From contig CAXXFL010000006.1 of the NCBI GenBank assembly GCA_963674965.2, forward strand, positions 224,001 to 288,000: 64,000 bases of DNA, read 5' to 3'. Positions within the stretch are counted from its first letter, which is position 1. The number at the start of each line of letters is the position of its first letter. The translations under genes were made by a program, and so were the position numbers. This DNA comes from a bacterium (GTDB lineage Bacteria; RBG-13-61-14; DATKZS01). A model generated the notes under the pieces. The model was given only the letters and a program-made list of their open reading frames with translations. It had not been told where the DNA came from and did no database searches. Positions 38,960 through 47,799 of this stretch are shown here, piece by piece.

Positions 38960-40453
38960 TTACATACTCCTTTCTTTACTTTCACTCCCGATTTTTGACA
39001 GGGAGACCGGCGCCTGGTCCTTGAACCGTTGCACCAACCCGGCGATTTCTTCGCGGGTCTTGTTCCAGGTGAGGTTTACACGGTCCTCGGCTCCCGTCTT
39101 CATCTGTTTAACCACTTCATTGTAAAAAATATTTTTGGTTACCCACTTCCTCTGGAGGTTCCGGCTGTAAGTACGGAGGAATACGCCAATCATGTCGAGT
39201 TTGGAGATGCTTTTTAATATTTGTCCTGTTGAGTAGAATTTACCAAGAGCCTTTATGGTCTCCACTTGAAGTTCGAGAGGGGTTATCCGTTTAGGTTCAT
39301 GCACTACGTGGAGGGCGTCGTAGAGACCCCAGTCCTTGGTCAAAATCCTTCGTTCGGCCTTAAGCTCATCGTATTGCTTTGATCCGGGCAAGGGGGTCAG
39401 GATCATGAACTGGACCGTGTCCAATTCGTTCTTTTTGGCAAACCGAACCGTTTGCTTGACCGTGTCGACCGTATCTTCATCGCTTCCTAAAACAAACATG
39501 CCATGCACCCGGATACCATGACTGTGAAATAGGGCTATTGACTCCTCTATCTGCTCCACGGTGATCTTTTTATTATAGGCGGTCAGGCTGCTCTGGTTTA
39601 CCGATTCGATTCCCACGTAAGCGTAAAAGCAATTGGCTTTGCGAAACAGGTCCATGAGTTCACGGTCACGGGTCACGTCTGCCCTGACCTGGGCCGTCCA
39701 GCGCGGAGTAATCTTCTCCGCGATCATCATCTCGAGAAGTTCTTTAGTGCGCTCGCGGTTGGCCGCGAAGTTGTCGTCGTAGAAGAAGATTTTCTTCTTT
39801 CGGTCGATGCCTCGGAGTTCGCGGAGCACGTTCTCCTTTGACCTGAAGCGATACCCGCGGCCGAACATCCTGGTGACGGTACAGAAGGAGCAGTTGTAAG
39901 GACATCCCCGCGAGGTCATCACCGGCCGGATCGTACCGATCGGTTTCCGGATCAGGCTCAAGTCCGGAAAAGGCAACGTATCGAGTTCCTGGCAGGAATG
40001 ACCCGGCTGGTTCTGGTAAATAATATTGCCCTCTTTGAAGCTCAGGCCCGGGACGTCTTCAAAGCCCTCGCCGCTTTCCATGGCCTGGACAAACGGCAAA
40101 ATCGAATTTTCCGCTTCCCCTCGGAAAACATAATCGGCGTACTCGAGGGCCTCTTCGGGCAGAAAGGTGACATGGGGACCACCGAGTATCACGGGGATAC
40201 CGCTTTTTTTGATCTGAGAAGCAAGGGCATAGGCGCGGGGAGCGGTCGAAGTAATGGTCGAGATGGCGACAAGGTCAGCCTCGAATACGGACTTGAAATC
40301 AATCGGCGCTATGTCCTCGACAAACACTTTCACGAAATATCCTTGCCGCTCCAGGATGGCTCCCAGGATCAGACATCCCAGGCGGGGTAGCCGGTACCGA
40401 CTGAAAACATGGTAATCGGGCGAGCGCGGTTCGATAAAAACAATATTTTTCAT
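38960..40453 (-). CDS. B12-binding radical SAM protein
   Basis: GGPHVT, RGEAE, SRGCPYNCSFC (CxxxCxxC), FYDDNF, GIES, TPLPGS; alternative GTG start at 40480. Confidence 0.9.
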   Translation of the reverse strand: MKNIVFIEPRSPDYHVFSRYRLPRLGCLILGAILERQGYFVKVFVEDIAPIDFKSVFEADLVAISTITSTAPRAYALASQIKKSGIPVILGGPHVTFLPEEALEYADYVFRGEAENSILPFVQAMESGEGFEDVPGLSFKEGNIIYQNQPGHSCQELDTLPFPDLSLIRKPIGTIRPVMTSRGCPYNCSFCTVTRMFGRGYRFRSKENVLRELRGIDRKKKIFFYDDNFAANRERTKELLEMMIAEKITPRWTAQVRADVTRDRELMDLFRKANCFYAYVGIESVNQSSLTAYNKKITVEQIEESIALFHSHGIRVHGMFVLGSDEDTVDTVKQTVRFAKKNELDTVQFMILTPLPGSKQYDELKAERRILTKDWGLYDALHVVHEPKRITPLELQVETIKALGKFYSTGQILKSISKLDMIGVFLRTYSRNLQRKWVTKNIFYNEVVKQMKTGAEDRVNLTWNKTREEIAGLVQRFKDQAPVSLSKIGSESKERSM

Positions 40454-40531
40454 TCCAATACCAATCCTTTCCTTGTCCACCTTGTTGAATTGCTTGTGTC
40501 ATCATTAAGGACCCGGCCCTTGTCCGCGGTC

Positions 40532-40561
40532 CATGCCCCCGGCCCCATGGCCGGGGGCATG
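40532..40561. terminator. Perfect 13-bp GC-rich hairpin between ompA-like and radical SAM genes
   Basis: CATGCCCCCGGCC-CCAT-GGCCGGGGGCATG; no clear U tract. Confidence 0.4.
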
Positions 40562-40623
40562 ACACTCCCCCTTGCAATTTTCCAATCATTAATGTTGGAA
40601 AATTATCAAACCGACTCGTTGTC

Positions 40624-41670
40624 CTATTTCACGATGACGGTAAACAAGACCCTCATGTTGGACTTGGCCGCATCGGATTCAAGGTCGTCGGGATACGGCT
40701 CATAGGTGGCCGGTTTGTTCTCGCCATAACCAACGGTCACAAGGCTGTCCGCGGGAATGCTTCCATTCTTGACAAGATAATCTTTGACCGCGGCCGCGCG
40801 TCTCTCGCTTAACTTCTGGTTGTATTCATCGGTGCCGCTGGCGGAAGTATATCCTGCGATCAGGATATCAACATCCGGGTTGTCCTTCAGGATTTTGATA
40901 TTTTTATCAAGAATCTCTAGCCCTTCCGGAGTGATTTTCGAGCTGTCGAATTCAAAATGCGCGTCCCTGAGCTCAACCAGGGCCAGCCGGGGTTTCAATT
41001 TGGGTGTGGGCGGGGGTAGCGCGGCGGCTTTTTCCGGAGGGAAGATGTAATCCACCAATCGCTGGACTTCGTCGGAGGATTTCAGGTCGGAGCCGAGCAA
41101 ACCCAGGCCGCAGCGGCCAGCAAAAGCGATATCGGCGAGCAAATCTGCCCCCCTCTTATCGTCTCCGTACAGGACCGTGAAAATGCAGACCTTGTCGCCG
41201 AACTCACGCTTGATTCTTTTGGCCTTTTTAACTGAGTTGACCCAGCCGTTGTTCTTGCCGTCGCTCAACAAGATGACAGCGGTTTTCCCTCTGGAATAGG
41301 CCAAGGCATCCCTTGCTTCCTCCAGAGAGGCTCCGATCGGTGTGGTGCCGTTGCCGTCAACGATTTTACCGGCTGCGGTTTTGAAACGAGCCCTGTCCCA
41401 GGCGCTCACTGGATACCACCAGTTCATCTGCGGCCCATCCTTGTGTCCGAAGGTCAAGAGACCGGCGGATTTTACGTAAGAGGGAAAACGGTCATTCATG
41501 TCCTGCACGAGCTTTTTTGCCGCAGGCACGTGCTTGCCCTGGCTCATGGTCCAGGAGACGTCAGTAACAAAGAGGATGCTGTCATGACGGTCCTGCGCCA
41601 ATACGGGCAACGCGGCCATCACCACCAACAGTAACCCTAACCAGATCGTCGCTTTTATCATGTTTTTCAT
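40624..41670 (-). CDS. VWA domain + OmpA-like peptidoglycan-binding protein
   Basis: Signal peptide, MIDAS-like DVSWTM, TPIG, LLSDG; C-terminal HFEFDSS, GYTSASGTDEYNQKLSERRA. Start 41670 or 41661. Confidence 0.85.
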   Translation of the reverse strand: MKNMIKATIWLGLLLVVMAALPVLAQDRHDSILFVTDVSWTMSQGKHVPAAKKLVQDMNDRFPSYVKSAGLLTFGHKDGPQMNWWYPVSAWDRARFKTAAGKIVDGNGTTPIGASLEEARDALAYSRGKTAVILLSDGKNNGWVNSVKKAKRIKREFGDKVCIFTVLYGDDKRGADLLADIAFAGRCGLGLLGSDLKSSDEVQRLVDYIFPPEKAAALPPPTPKLKPRLALVELRDAHFEFDSSKITPEGLEILDKNIKILKDNPDVDILIAGYTSASGTDEYNQKLSERRAAAVKDYLVKNGSIPADSLVTVGYGENKPATYEPYPDDLESDAAKSNMRVLFTVIVK

Positions 41671-41793
41671 TGAAATGATCCCTTTTTTTCTCATCGCTAC
41701 AGTTATTGACACCAACCCTAACAACTTGGCCTCGGTGTTAAACCTAACTTTCTCCATGGCCCAAAATATTTGCCCCCACTTTGGAACGCCAAG

Positions 41794-42618
41794 TCATTCG
41801 ATGGCCATCAAATTTTTCACCGCCAGCACGCCGTTAATGTCGTTGGTGAGGAGGGTTGCCAGGGTTTTCTCGGCCGCGTTCTTTGCCGTGCCTGACAAAG
41901 TGACCACACCCTTGTTCGTTTTCACCTTGGTCTTGAGGGCGCTGGTGGAGCGATGGGACAGCAATGCATACTTGACCTGGGCGGTTATTGACGCGTCATC
42001 AACGGTATACGCCGCGTAATTGAGCGCGCTATTGGCGGAGCTAGACGCGTCATCAACGGCATCCCCCAAGTAATCTTTAGCGATATTGTAGGTCGCTTTC
42101 CAGGAGCCGGACACGACCATCTCGTTCTTGACTTTTTTTACGCCATCGACGTCTTCGGCGTATGCTGTCGTCAATTCCTTTTTGGCCTGGCTGGCTGTAA
42201 AGCCCTTCAGAAAAATGACGCCGTCTTTGGCGGAAACGTCAATTTTGCTGTCGTTGACGTTTCGATGCACCGCTAGCGTGATTTCCACCTTCTCTTGAAT
42301 CCACGCATCCGAGTTGGCGGTGGCGGCCTCGTCCTTGACGGTCAGTCGGTTGTCCACTTTTTTGACCCCGGGCATAGCCGCGGCGGTCGTTTCGGCCAAT
42401 AGTGCGCGGGAGGCCCCGGCGACGACCCCGGTCAAAGTGACCACCCCGTCCTGGGCCTCGACTTTAATGTCGTCATTTGCGAGGAAAGTTTTGAAAACGT
42501 ACGTATCCTCGACGGATTCCACGATTTGAGCATCCGTCGCGGACGCTTGCGCAGGCAAGATGATCGTCATCATAACGACCATAGCCGCCATAAAAGCCAT
42601 ATGATATTTTCCCTTCAT
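41794..42618 (-). CDS. Triple BON-domain (OsmY-like) protein
   Basis: Three repeats of DAxI...GVVTLxG...GVxxVxN; signal peptide; paralogue at 61643-62467. Confidence 0.9.
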   Translation of the reverse strand: MKGKYHMAFMAAMVVMMTIILPAQASATDAQIVESVEDTYVFKTFLANDDIKVEAQDGVVTLTGVVAGASRALLAETTAAAMPGVKKVDNRLTVKDEAATANSDAWIQEKVEITLAVHRNVNDSKIDVSAKDGVIFLKGFTASQAKKELTTAYAEDVDGVKKVKNEMVVSGSWKATYNIAKDYLGDAVDDASSSANSALNYAAYTVDDASITAQVKYALLSHRSTSALKTKVKTNKGVVTLSGTAKNAAEKTLATLLTNDINGVLAVKNLMAIE

Positions 42619-42921
42619 TTACTTGTCTCCCATTGTATCCTTAGCCCCTGATAATTCTTTGAAAGAGGCTTCGAGGTTCTCCCAATTTTCCTCAATGTCG
42701 GACTTGAAGCCGTCCCACTTCTCGCTGCCCGCCGCTTTGACCTCGTCCAACTTTGCCCGCGCCTCCGCGAGCTTTTGCTTGAGCGGATCAATGCGCTGGT
42801 GATGGGCGGCCTTGGTCTGAGCGTCGGTCGCCTCGGTCTTGTGCACAAGCGAGTCGAGTTTCTCCTCCCACCGCTTGATCAGCTTTTCCATCTTTTTCAC
42901 GTTTTCTTCCATCTTGGTCAT
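42619..42921 (-). CDS. Coiled-coil stress protein (sll1863-like)
   Basis: KMEKLIKRWEEKLD...AGSEKWDGFKSDIEENWENL; paralogue at 43745-44026. Confidence 0.7.
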   Translation of the reverse strand: MTKMEENVKKMEKLIKRWEEKLDSLVHKTEATDAQTKAAHHQRIDPLKQKLAEARAKLDEVKAAGSEKWDGFKSDIEENWENLEASFKELSGAKDTMGDK

Positions 42922-42957
42922 GAATCTCTCCTTGCGGTCTCGGATTCGAGCTCGGCG

Positions 42958-43459
42958 TTATTCTTGCGCCGAGGCCACGATTAGTCCCCATTCCGCCTGG
43001 GGGGCGTCATTTACGGTGAGGGATAGAGAATACTTTCCTTCCTCTAGTTCCGTCGGAAGGGCGAAGGTCATGCCGCCGACCACTTCCCCCTCGTTCACGT
43101 TGTGGTCGAGGAGCGAAACAACGCGGCCGTCCTGGTCTTGGATCAAGACCTCGACCTCGGCGTCAGCCGGGGCGCGCCCGCGCAGAGCGAAGGCGAACTC
43201 CTGGCCGGGAGCCACTTTCATGGTCGTGCCGGATTCGTAAATGCCCCCTGTGGCATAGTCAACCACCAGCGCAACCACGCCCGGGACCACCGCCGCGAGC
43301 AGCCACAGGCAATCCATAATTAAGGCCGAATTGTCAATAGTACCGCCCGTCTGCCCTTTGCGCTCCGGATGCATAAGAATCCCGCAGTTTACGGTTGCCA
43401 AGGTCAATGCGGCCATTATCGCCAGCGTCAAAACCTTGTTTTTCAATAAACGTTTCATT
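42958..43459 (-). CDS. Lipoprotein, hypothetical
   Basis: Lipobox-like TVNC followed by GILMHPERKGQ and a hydrophobic helix with VDYATGGIY. Confidence 0.7.
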
Positions 43460-43561
43460 ATTTTTCCCTTTCTTGAGATGCACCGGACCGTCAAGCGACC
43501 GGATGCTTCTCGGTTGATAACCCTAACCGTTACAAAGGGGTTATAGTCAAACGAGCGCTTC

Positions 43562-43720
43562 CTAGAACGCCCTTCGACCCTGTATGACTCGCACCAGCAC
43601 CGCGATAATGGCCGCCACCAACAGAAGGTGAATGAGCCAGGCCATGCCGCCGACCGAAACGTGGGTTAATAAACCCGCCAGCCACAGAATCACCAGAATT
43701 GCCACAATCATCCAAAACAT
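43562..43720 (-). CDS. lmo0937-family (DUF5670) small membrane protein
   Basis: Manual translation MFWMIVAILVILWLAGLLTHVSVGGMAWLIHLLLVAAIIAVLVRVIQGRRAF (52 aa), SD AGAGGA; below the ORF-track cutoff. Confidence 0.8.
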   Translation of the reverse strand: MFWMIVAILVILWLAGLLTHVSVGGMAWLIHLLLVAAIIAVLVRVIQGRRAF

Positions 43721-43744
43721 TTGATCCTCTTTTCGATATTGCTA

Positions 43745-44026
43745 TCATTTCATCATCTCTTCAAAGGCGTTTTCGAGGTCCTTCCAGGCGGCCTCGAGGC
43801 CCGCCTTGAGGCCGTCCCATTTCTCGCCGTCCGCTTTTCGGAACTCCTCGAACTTCACCCGTGCCGCCGCGCGCTTCTGCTTTATTAAGTTTATCCGCTT
43901 GTGGTACTCGATTTGAGGCTGTGCTTCGGCCATGGCGGCCCGATCTTTAAGGTCCAGCCGGTTGAATTTCGTTTCCCATCTCTTAAGTTGCGCCTCCATC
44001 TTCTCCACGTTTGGTTCCGTTGTCAT
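43745..44026 (-). CDS. Coiled-coil stress protein (sll1863-like)
   Basis: KMEAQLKRWETK...ADGEKWDGLKAGLEAAWKDL; SD AAGGAGGG. Confidence 0.7.
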   Translation of the reverse strand: MTTEPNVEKMEAQLKRWETKFNRLDLKDRAAMAEAQPQIEYHKRINLIKQKRAAARVKFEEFRKADGEKWDGLKAGLEAAWKDLENAFEEMMK

Positions 44027-44067
44027 CACTCCCTCCTTTCTCATTCGCAAACCCGAGGGTCTGCCAT

Positions 44068-44280
44068 TTAAGCCGCATCTAAATGGGTTTTCTGCCGAGG
44101 ACGCGCCAGGAATACTATCTCGCGACCATCCATGCGCATGACGTCGCCGAGCATGATGGCGACCAGAGGTCCTTTGGTCGGGTCTGAAAGAGGGAGTTCG
44201 TCAACTTCGTCGTAAAGGGCTTCCACCATATCCCCCAGAGTGCATCCGAATTCTCGATCCTCCATTGGGCAACTCATCAC
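44068..44280 (-). CDS. Small conserved hypothetical protein
   Basis: CTLGDMVEALYDEVDELPLSD; a conserved paralogue at 62585-62795 supports coding. Confidence 0.7.
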   Translation of the reverse strand: MMSCPMEDREFGCTLGDMVEALYDEVDELPLSDPTKGPLVAIMLGDVMRMDGREIVFLARPRQKTHLDAA

Positions 44281-44321
44281 TTTTCCCCCCTTTTCGGGAA
44301 ATGGTTTAAAAAGGCCATCTG

Positions 44322-44999
44322 TTATTTCAAGAATAGCCGTTTGGATATCACGTCCTCGGGTTCGGATGCCTCGTTCTGACTATCGAGCCGTAGAGCCAGG
44401 GCATGAGGGTTTTTCCAGGCCCATCCGTTCTCTCCCTGAAGTTCGGCCTGGTACGCGGCTTCGTGCCGGAAGGCGGTGATCGCCGACTCGATATGACTGA
44501 CCAGGACCGGCGTCGAAAAGGGCTTGGGCAGAAAAGCGTATCCTCCTCGCTCGATGACGGCTTGACTGATGGTCTCGGGGTCATCGCCGGAAATTACAAT
44601 GACCGGCAGCTCGGGACGTTGGCGCTTGAACTCGCTCAAGAGGTCCAGGCCGCTCCCGTCGGGAAGTTGCACGTCCAGCACCGCGGCGTCGGGGGCATGC
44701 ATATTGTATATCTCCCGTGCTTCCGCCAGGGTGTGGGCCAACAGGAACTTCCACTGGGGTCGGATTTCATTCATATACCGAGTGGCGGTCTTGACCAGGT
44801 CGATGTTGTCATCCAAAAATAGCAGCTTCGTGGGCATGATTGTTTCTCCTTCCCGTGTTGAGGGCATTTCCCGCGCTTGTCCATTGATTCTCCACTTGCG
44901 CTGTAATTTTTCAGCCACCTTAGTCAGTTTGGAATCAGAGGCCCGCGGGAAATGACGTCTTAAAATGTTGATGATGATTTCGCTTCTGACCTGTGTCAT
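44322..44999 (-). CDS. Response regulator (REC) with N- and C-terminal extensions
   Basis: FLDDN, LDVQLPDGSG, ISG, KPF; paralogue at 62839-63521. Confidence 0.85.
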   Translation of the reverse strand: MTQVRSEIIINILRRHFPRASDSKLTKVAEKLQRKWRINGQAREMPSTREGETIMPTKLLFLDDNIDLVKTATRYMNEIRPQWKFLLAHTLAEAREIYNMHAPDAAVLDVQLPDGSGLDLLSEFKRQRPELPVIVISGDDPETISQAVIERGGYAFLPKPFSTPVLVSHIESAITAFRHEAAYQAELQGENGWAWKNPHALALRLDSQNEASEPEDVISKRLFLK

Positions 45000-45125
45000 T
45001 TTTCTCGCCTCCTTGATTCCGCGCTTTGATCCGGCACATGGTAATCGGATACTGGTTTCATTCATCGCCCTTTTTCCTGTAGTCCATCCGCCCTACCTGG
45101 CAACACTCCAGCCGCCCGCTGTCCG

Positions 45126-45440
45126 TTACTTAAGGATATTGACGCCGACCAGAAATTGATAGGGGTCAGCGGAGGACTGCGGGCGGGCAATGCACCAACT
45201 CACTTTAATCGGGACTTGTTCCATTTCGCATGAACTGGGCAACCGAGCAAAAAGAACGCCGCGCAGTCCCGGCTTTATATTGGCAACTGACGACAGACCG
45301 ACCCCGGTGGAAGTCACATCTCTTATTTTCACCTCGTTCAAGGCCCCTCCGAAAACGGCAAACCCCTCAAAGTTGAATCGCATTCTGTGTTCAGCGCGTC
45401 TATCTTTCATCGTGATGATCCTTTCCTCTTCGGGGAACAT
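45126..45440 (-). CDS. PilZ-domain protein
   Basis: RRAEHR (RxxxR) and DVTSTG (D/NxSxxG-like). Confidence 0.7.
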   Translation of the reverse strand: MFPEEERIITMKDRRAEHRMRFNFEGFAVFGGALNEVKIRDVTSTGVGLSSVANIKPGLRGVLFARLPSSCEMEQVPIKVSWCIARPQSSADPYQFLVGVNILK

Positions 45441-45458
45441 ATAGCCGCATTATTGACT

Positions 45459-45746
45459 TCAATTAACAACTTCAAGAACCCTGTAATCAGTTATCCGGAT
45501 TGTTCTAATCCCCGTTTTCGCCGCCCGGATGAAACCCTTGACCTCGACCCTCTTTCGAATATGATCGAAGAGTTTATCTCCCATTGCGTCCCGCTCAATT
45601 ACAAAATCCAACTCCTTGTCGGTGGATAAAACGATAGATGCCATGGCCGAATGCTCATCTCTGTCGCCGGGGATAATGACCCCCTTAAGGAGTAATTCTT
45701 TTCCCCTTAATCCCGCTTCCAGTATCTTATGCTTATCGTTGTTCAT
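45459..45746 (-). CDS. Hypothetical OB-fold-like protein
   Basis: 95-aa ORF at the head of the co-directional cluster. Confidence 0.6.
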   Translation of the reverse strand: MNNDKHKILEAGLRGKELLLKGVIIPGDRDEHSAMASIVLSTDKELDFVIERDAMGDKLFDHIRKRVEVKGFIRAAKTGIRTIRITDYRVLEVVN

Positions 45747-45777
45747 CGATCTTTTTCGTTGTCCTTAGTTATTACTA

Positions 45778-45793
45778 TTCATACATCATGCCA
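45778..45793 (-). promoter_or_regulatory. sigma-54 (-24/-12) promoter candidate
   Basis: Minus strand TGGCATGATGTATGAA (GG-N10-GA against consensus GG-N10-GC), just upstream of the 45746 ATG and downstream of an EBP gene. Confidence 0.5.
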
Positions 45794-46059
45794 ATTATCT
45801 AAGTACCTGATATTTAAACATTCACTTAACAACATGGGCCATGTTTTGGAACGAGGAAGTCCGATTTACGTATGCGTTGCGGTCCTCAAACAGGGTGAGA
45901 AAGATGGAACCGGCAAAGTTTGCCCCGGCCGCGCCTTCCCGAGTAAATCCCCGGCAGGCAGAAAGGACTGAAAAAGTTAACTTAATATTCGGTCTGAATT
46001 CGTGGAATCAGGAGAATTGCGTAAAAAGAATGGAAGGACTGGGCGAGTGGATTTGGGCC

Positions 46060-47505
46060 TTAAAGTTCCGATTTTTTCTTTTTGCTCTTCCGCCGGGGGG
46101 ATTTGTATTTGGCTTTATCTATCTTATATTTTGTCAACAGCTTATTAAGTTGGCGGACCCCAATCCCCGCGGCCAGAGCGGATTCATCGATTCTTCCCTT
46201 GTATTCGGCCAGCAGTTGCTTCAAGTATTGGCGGCGGACGCTGTCGATGGCCTCCTGCGTGACTGTGGCCATGGGGAGCGCGGTGTTGAGATGGATTTGG
46301 GCCGTCGAGCCCCCGGAAAAGAGTTCGGACGGAAAGCTCTCCGGGGTGAGTTCGCTGGATTGCTCCACAATATGGGCGCGCTCGATCAGATTCTCCAACT
46401 CGCGGATATTTCCAGGCCAAGGATATCTCAGCAAGGCTTCCATGACGCCGGGATGGATCGAAAGAATTTTCTTGCTGCGCTCGCGATTGCACTTGTCTAA
46501 AAACTCCTGGACAAGAACATCAATGTCCTCGGCTCTCTCCCGCAGCGGAGGGATCTCGAGCGGGAAAACATTCAAGCGGTAATACAGGTCCTCCCGGAAA
46601 CTCCCCTCCTGGATCGCGGCCTGCAGATCCAGGTTGGACGCGGCGATTACGCGAACATCCGCTTTAATCGTGGCCTCGCCGCCGACGCGGGAATAGATTT
46701 TTTCCTGCAAAACCTGTAAGAGTTTGATCTGGATCGATTGGGCCACGGTCCCGATCTCATCGAGAAAAATTGTTCCGCCCTGGGCGATTTCGAACTTGCC
46801 CAGTTTTTTTGTGATCGCGCCGGTGAACGCTCCTTTCTCGTGGCCGAACAGTTCGCTCTCGACCAGGGTTTCGGGGATGGCGCCGCAATGGACGCTGATG
46901 AATTGACTCTCGTTGCGGCTGCTGTGGCGGTGGATGAGCTTGGCCATGACCCCTTTGCCCGTGCCGGTCTCTCCGGTCAAAAGGACGGTGGTCAGGGTCG
47001 GGGCCACCGACCGGATCTGGTCGATGACTTTTTGCATCACAGGGCTTTGGGTGCGGACAATGGAGCCGGATTCGTCTTTCCAGAACTGGTCGCGAAGGTA
47101 CTCCAACTCTGAATGAGTTCTGATGGTCTTCGTGATGTTCTCCATAACCAGGCGCACTTCTTCCTGATCAAGAGGAGAGATGAGATAATCGTTGGCGCCT
47201 TCCTTCACTGCCTGAACAAGTTCGCGGATGTTGTTCTGAGGCGACGTCACTATGATCGGAGTCAGGGGAAAGACTTTCATAAACGGTCGGAAGGCCTTGT
47301 TGTAATCGACCTTGGAGCGGGACTGGCCAAGCGGAGCTAAAATGGTTAGATCAATGAAAATGACTGAACACTGCCGTTCGAGGAACTTGGCCAGACCTGA
47401 TTTCCGGTCTCCCGCGGTCTCAAAGACATACTCTTCTTCTCCCAAATATCTCTGGAGGGAGGAGACCATGGCATCATCTTTGGTGACTATGAGAATAGTG
47501 TTCAT
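46060..47505 (-). CDS. sigma-54-dependent transcriptional activator, NtrC family (REC-AAA+-HTH)
   Basis: [50 protein letters not shown]. Confidence 0.93.
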   Translation of the reverse strand: MNTILIVTKDDAMVSSLQRYLGEEEYVFETAGDRKSGLAKFLERQCSVIFIDLTILAPLGQSRSKVDYNKAFRPFMKVFPLTPIIVTSPQNNIRELVQAVKEGANDYLISPLDQEEVRLVMENITKTIRTHSELEYLRDQFWKDESGSIVRTQSPVMQKVIDQIRSVAPTLTTVLLTGETGTGKGVMAKLIHRHSSRNESQFISVHCGAIPETLVESELFGHEKGAFTGAITKKLGKFEIAQGGTIFLDEIGTVAQSIQIKLLQVLQEKIYSRVGGEATIKADVRVIAASNLDLQAAIQEGSFREDLYYRLNVFPLEIPPLRERAEDIDVLVQEFLDKCNRERSKKILSIHPGVMEALLRYPWPGNIRELENLIERAHIVEQSSELTPESFPSELFSGGSTAQIHLNTALPMATVTQEAIDSVRRQYLKQLLAEYKGRIDESALAAGIGVRQLNKLLTKYKIDKAKYKSPRRKSKKKKSEL

Positions 47506-47799
47506 CCAAGACTTGATTTTATCACACTTCCAATCTCATTTTAAAGTGGTGAGGACATGGATCGAGGCGTGGGCGCTGATTGTCCGGAGTTTTTTCGAAG
47601 GAGAAAATCCTGATGAATGATCTTGCGAAGAACTCAATCGTGGATGTCGTTCTTCAATGCCCAGAGGAGGGTTCAGCAAAATATTCTTAGGTCGTCCTTT
47701 GCAATCTGATTGGACACAAAAAGGCTGTTAATTTTTGAAAATACTCAGTGACAGAAAATTAAAATCAAATTATTTCAGAAGGTTGTAAGGAGGAAAAAT

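Noticed and set aside
45841-46500. 219-aa plus-strand ORF
   Set aside because: Overlaps the sigma-54 activator antisense and its probable enhancer region; no domain signal.
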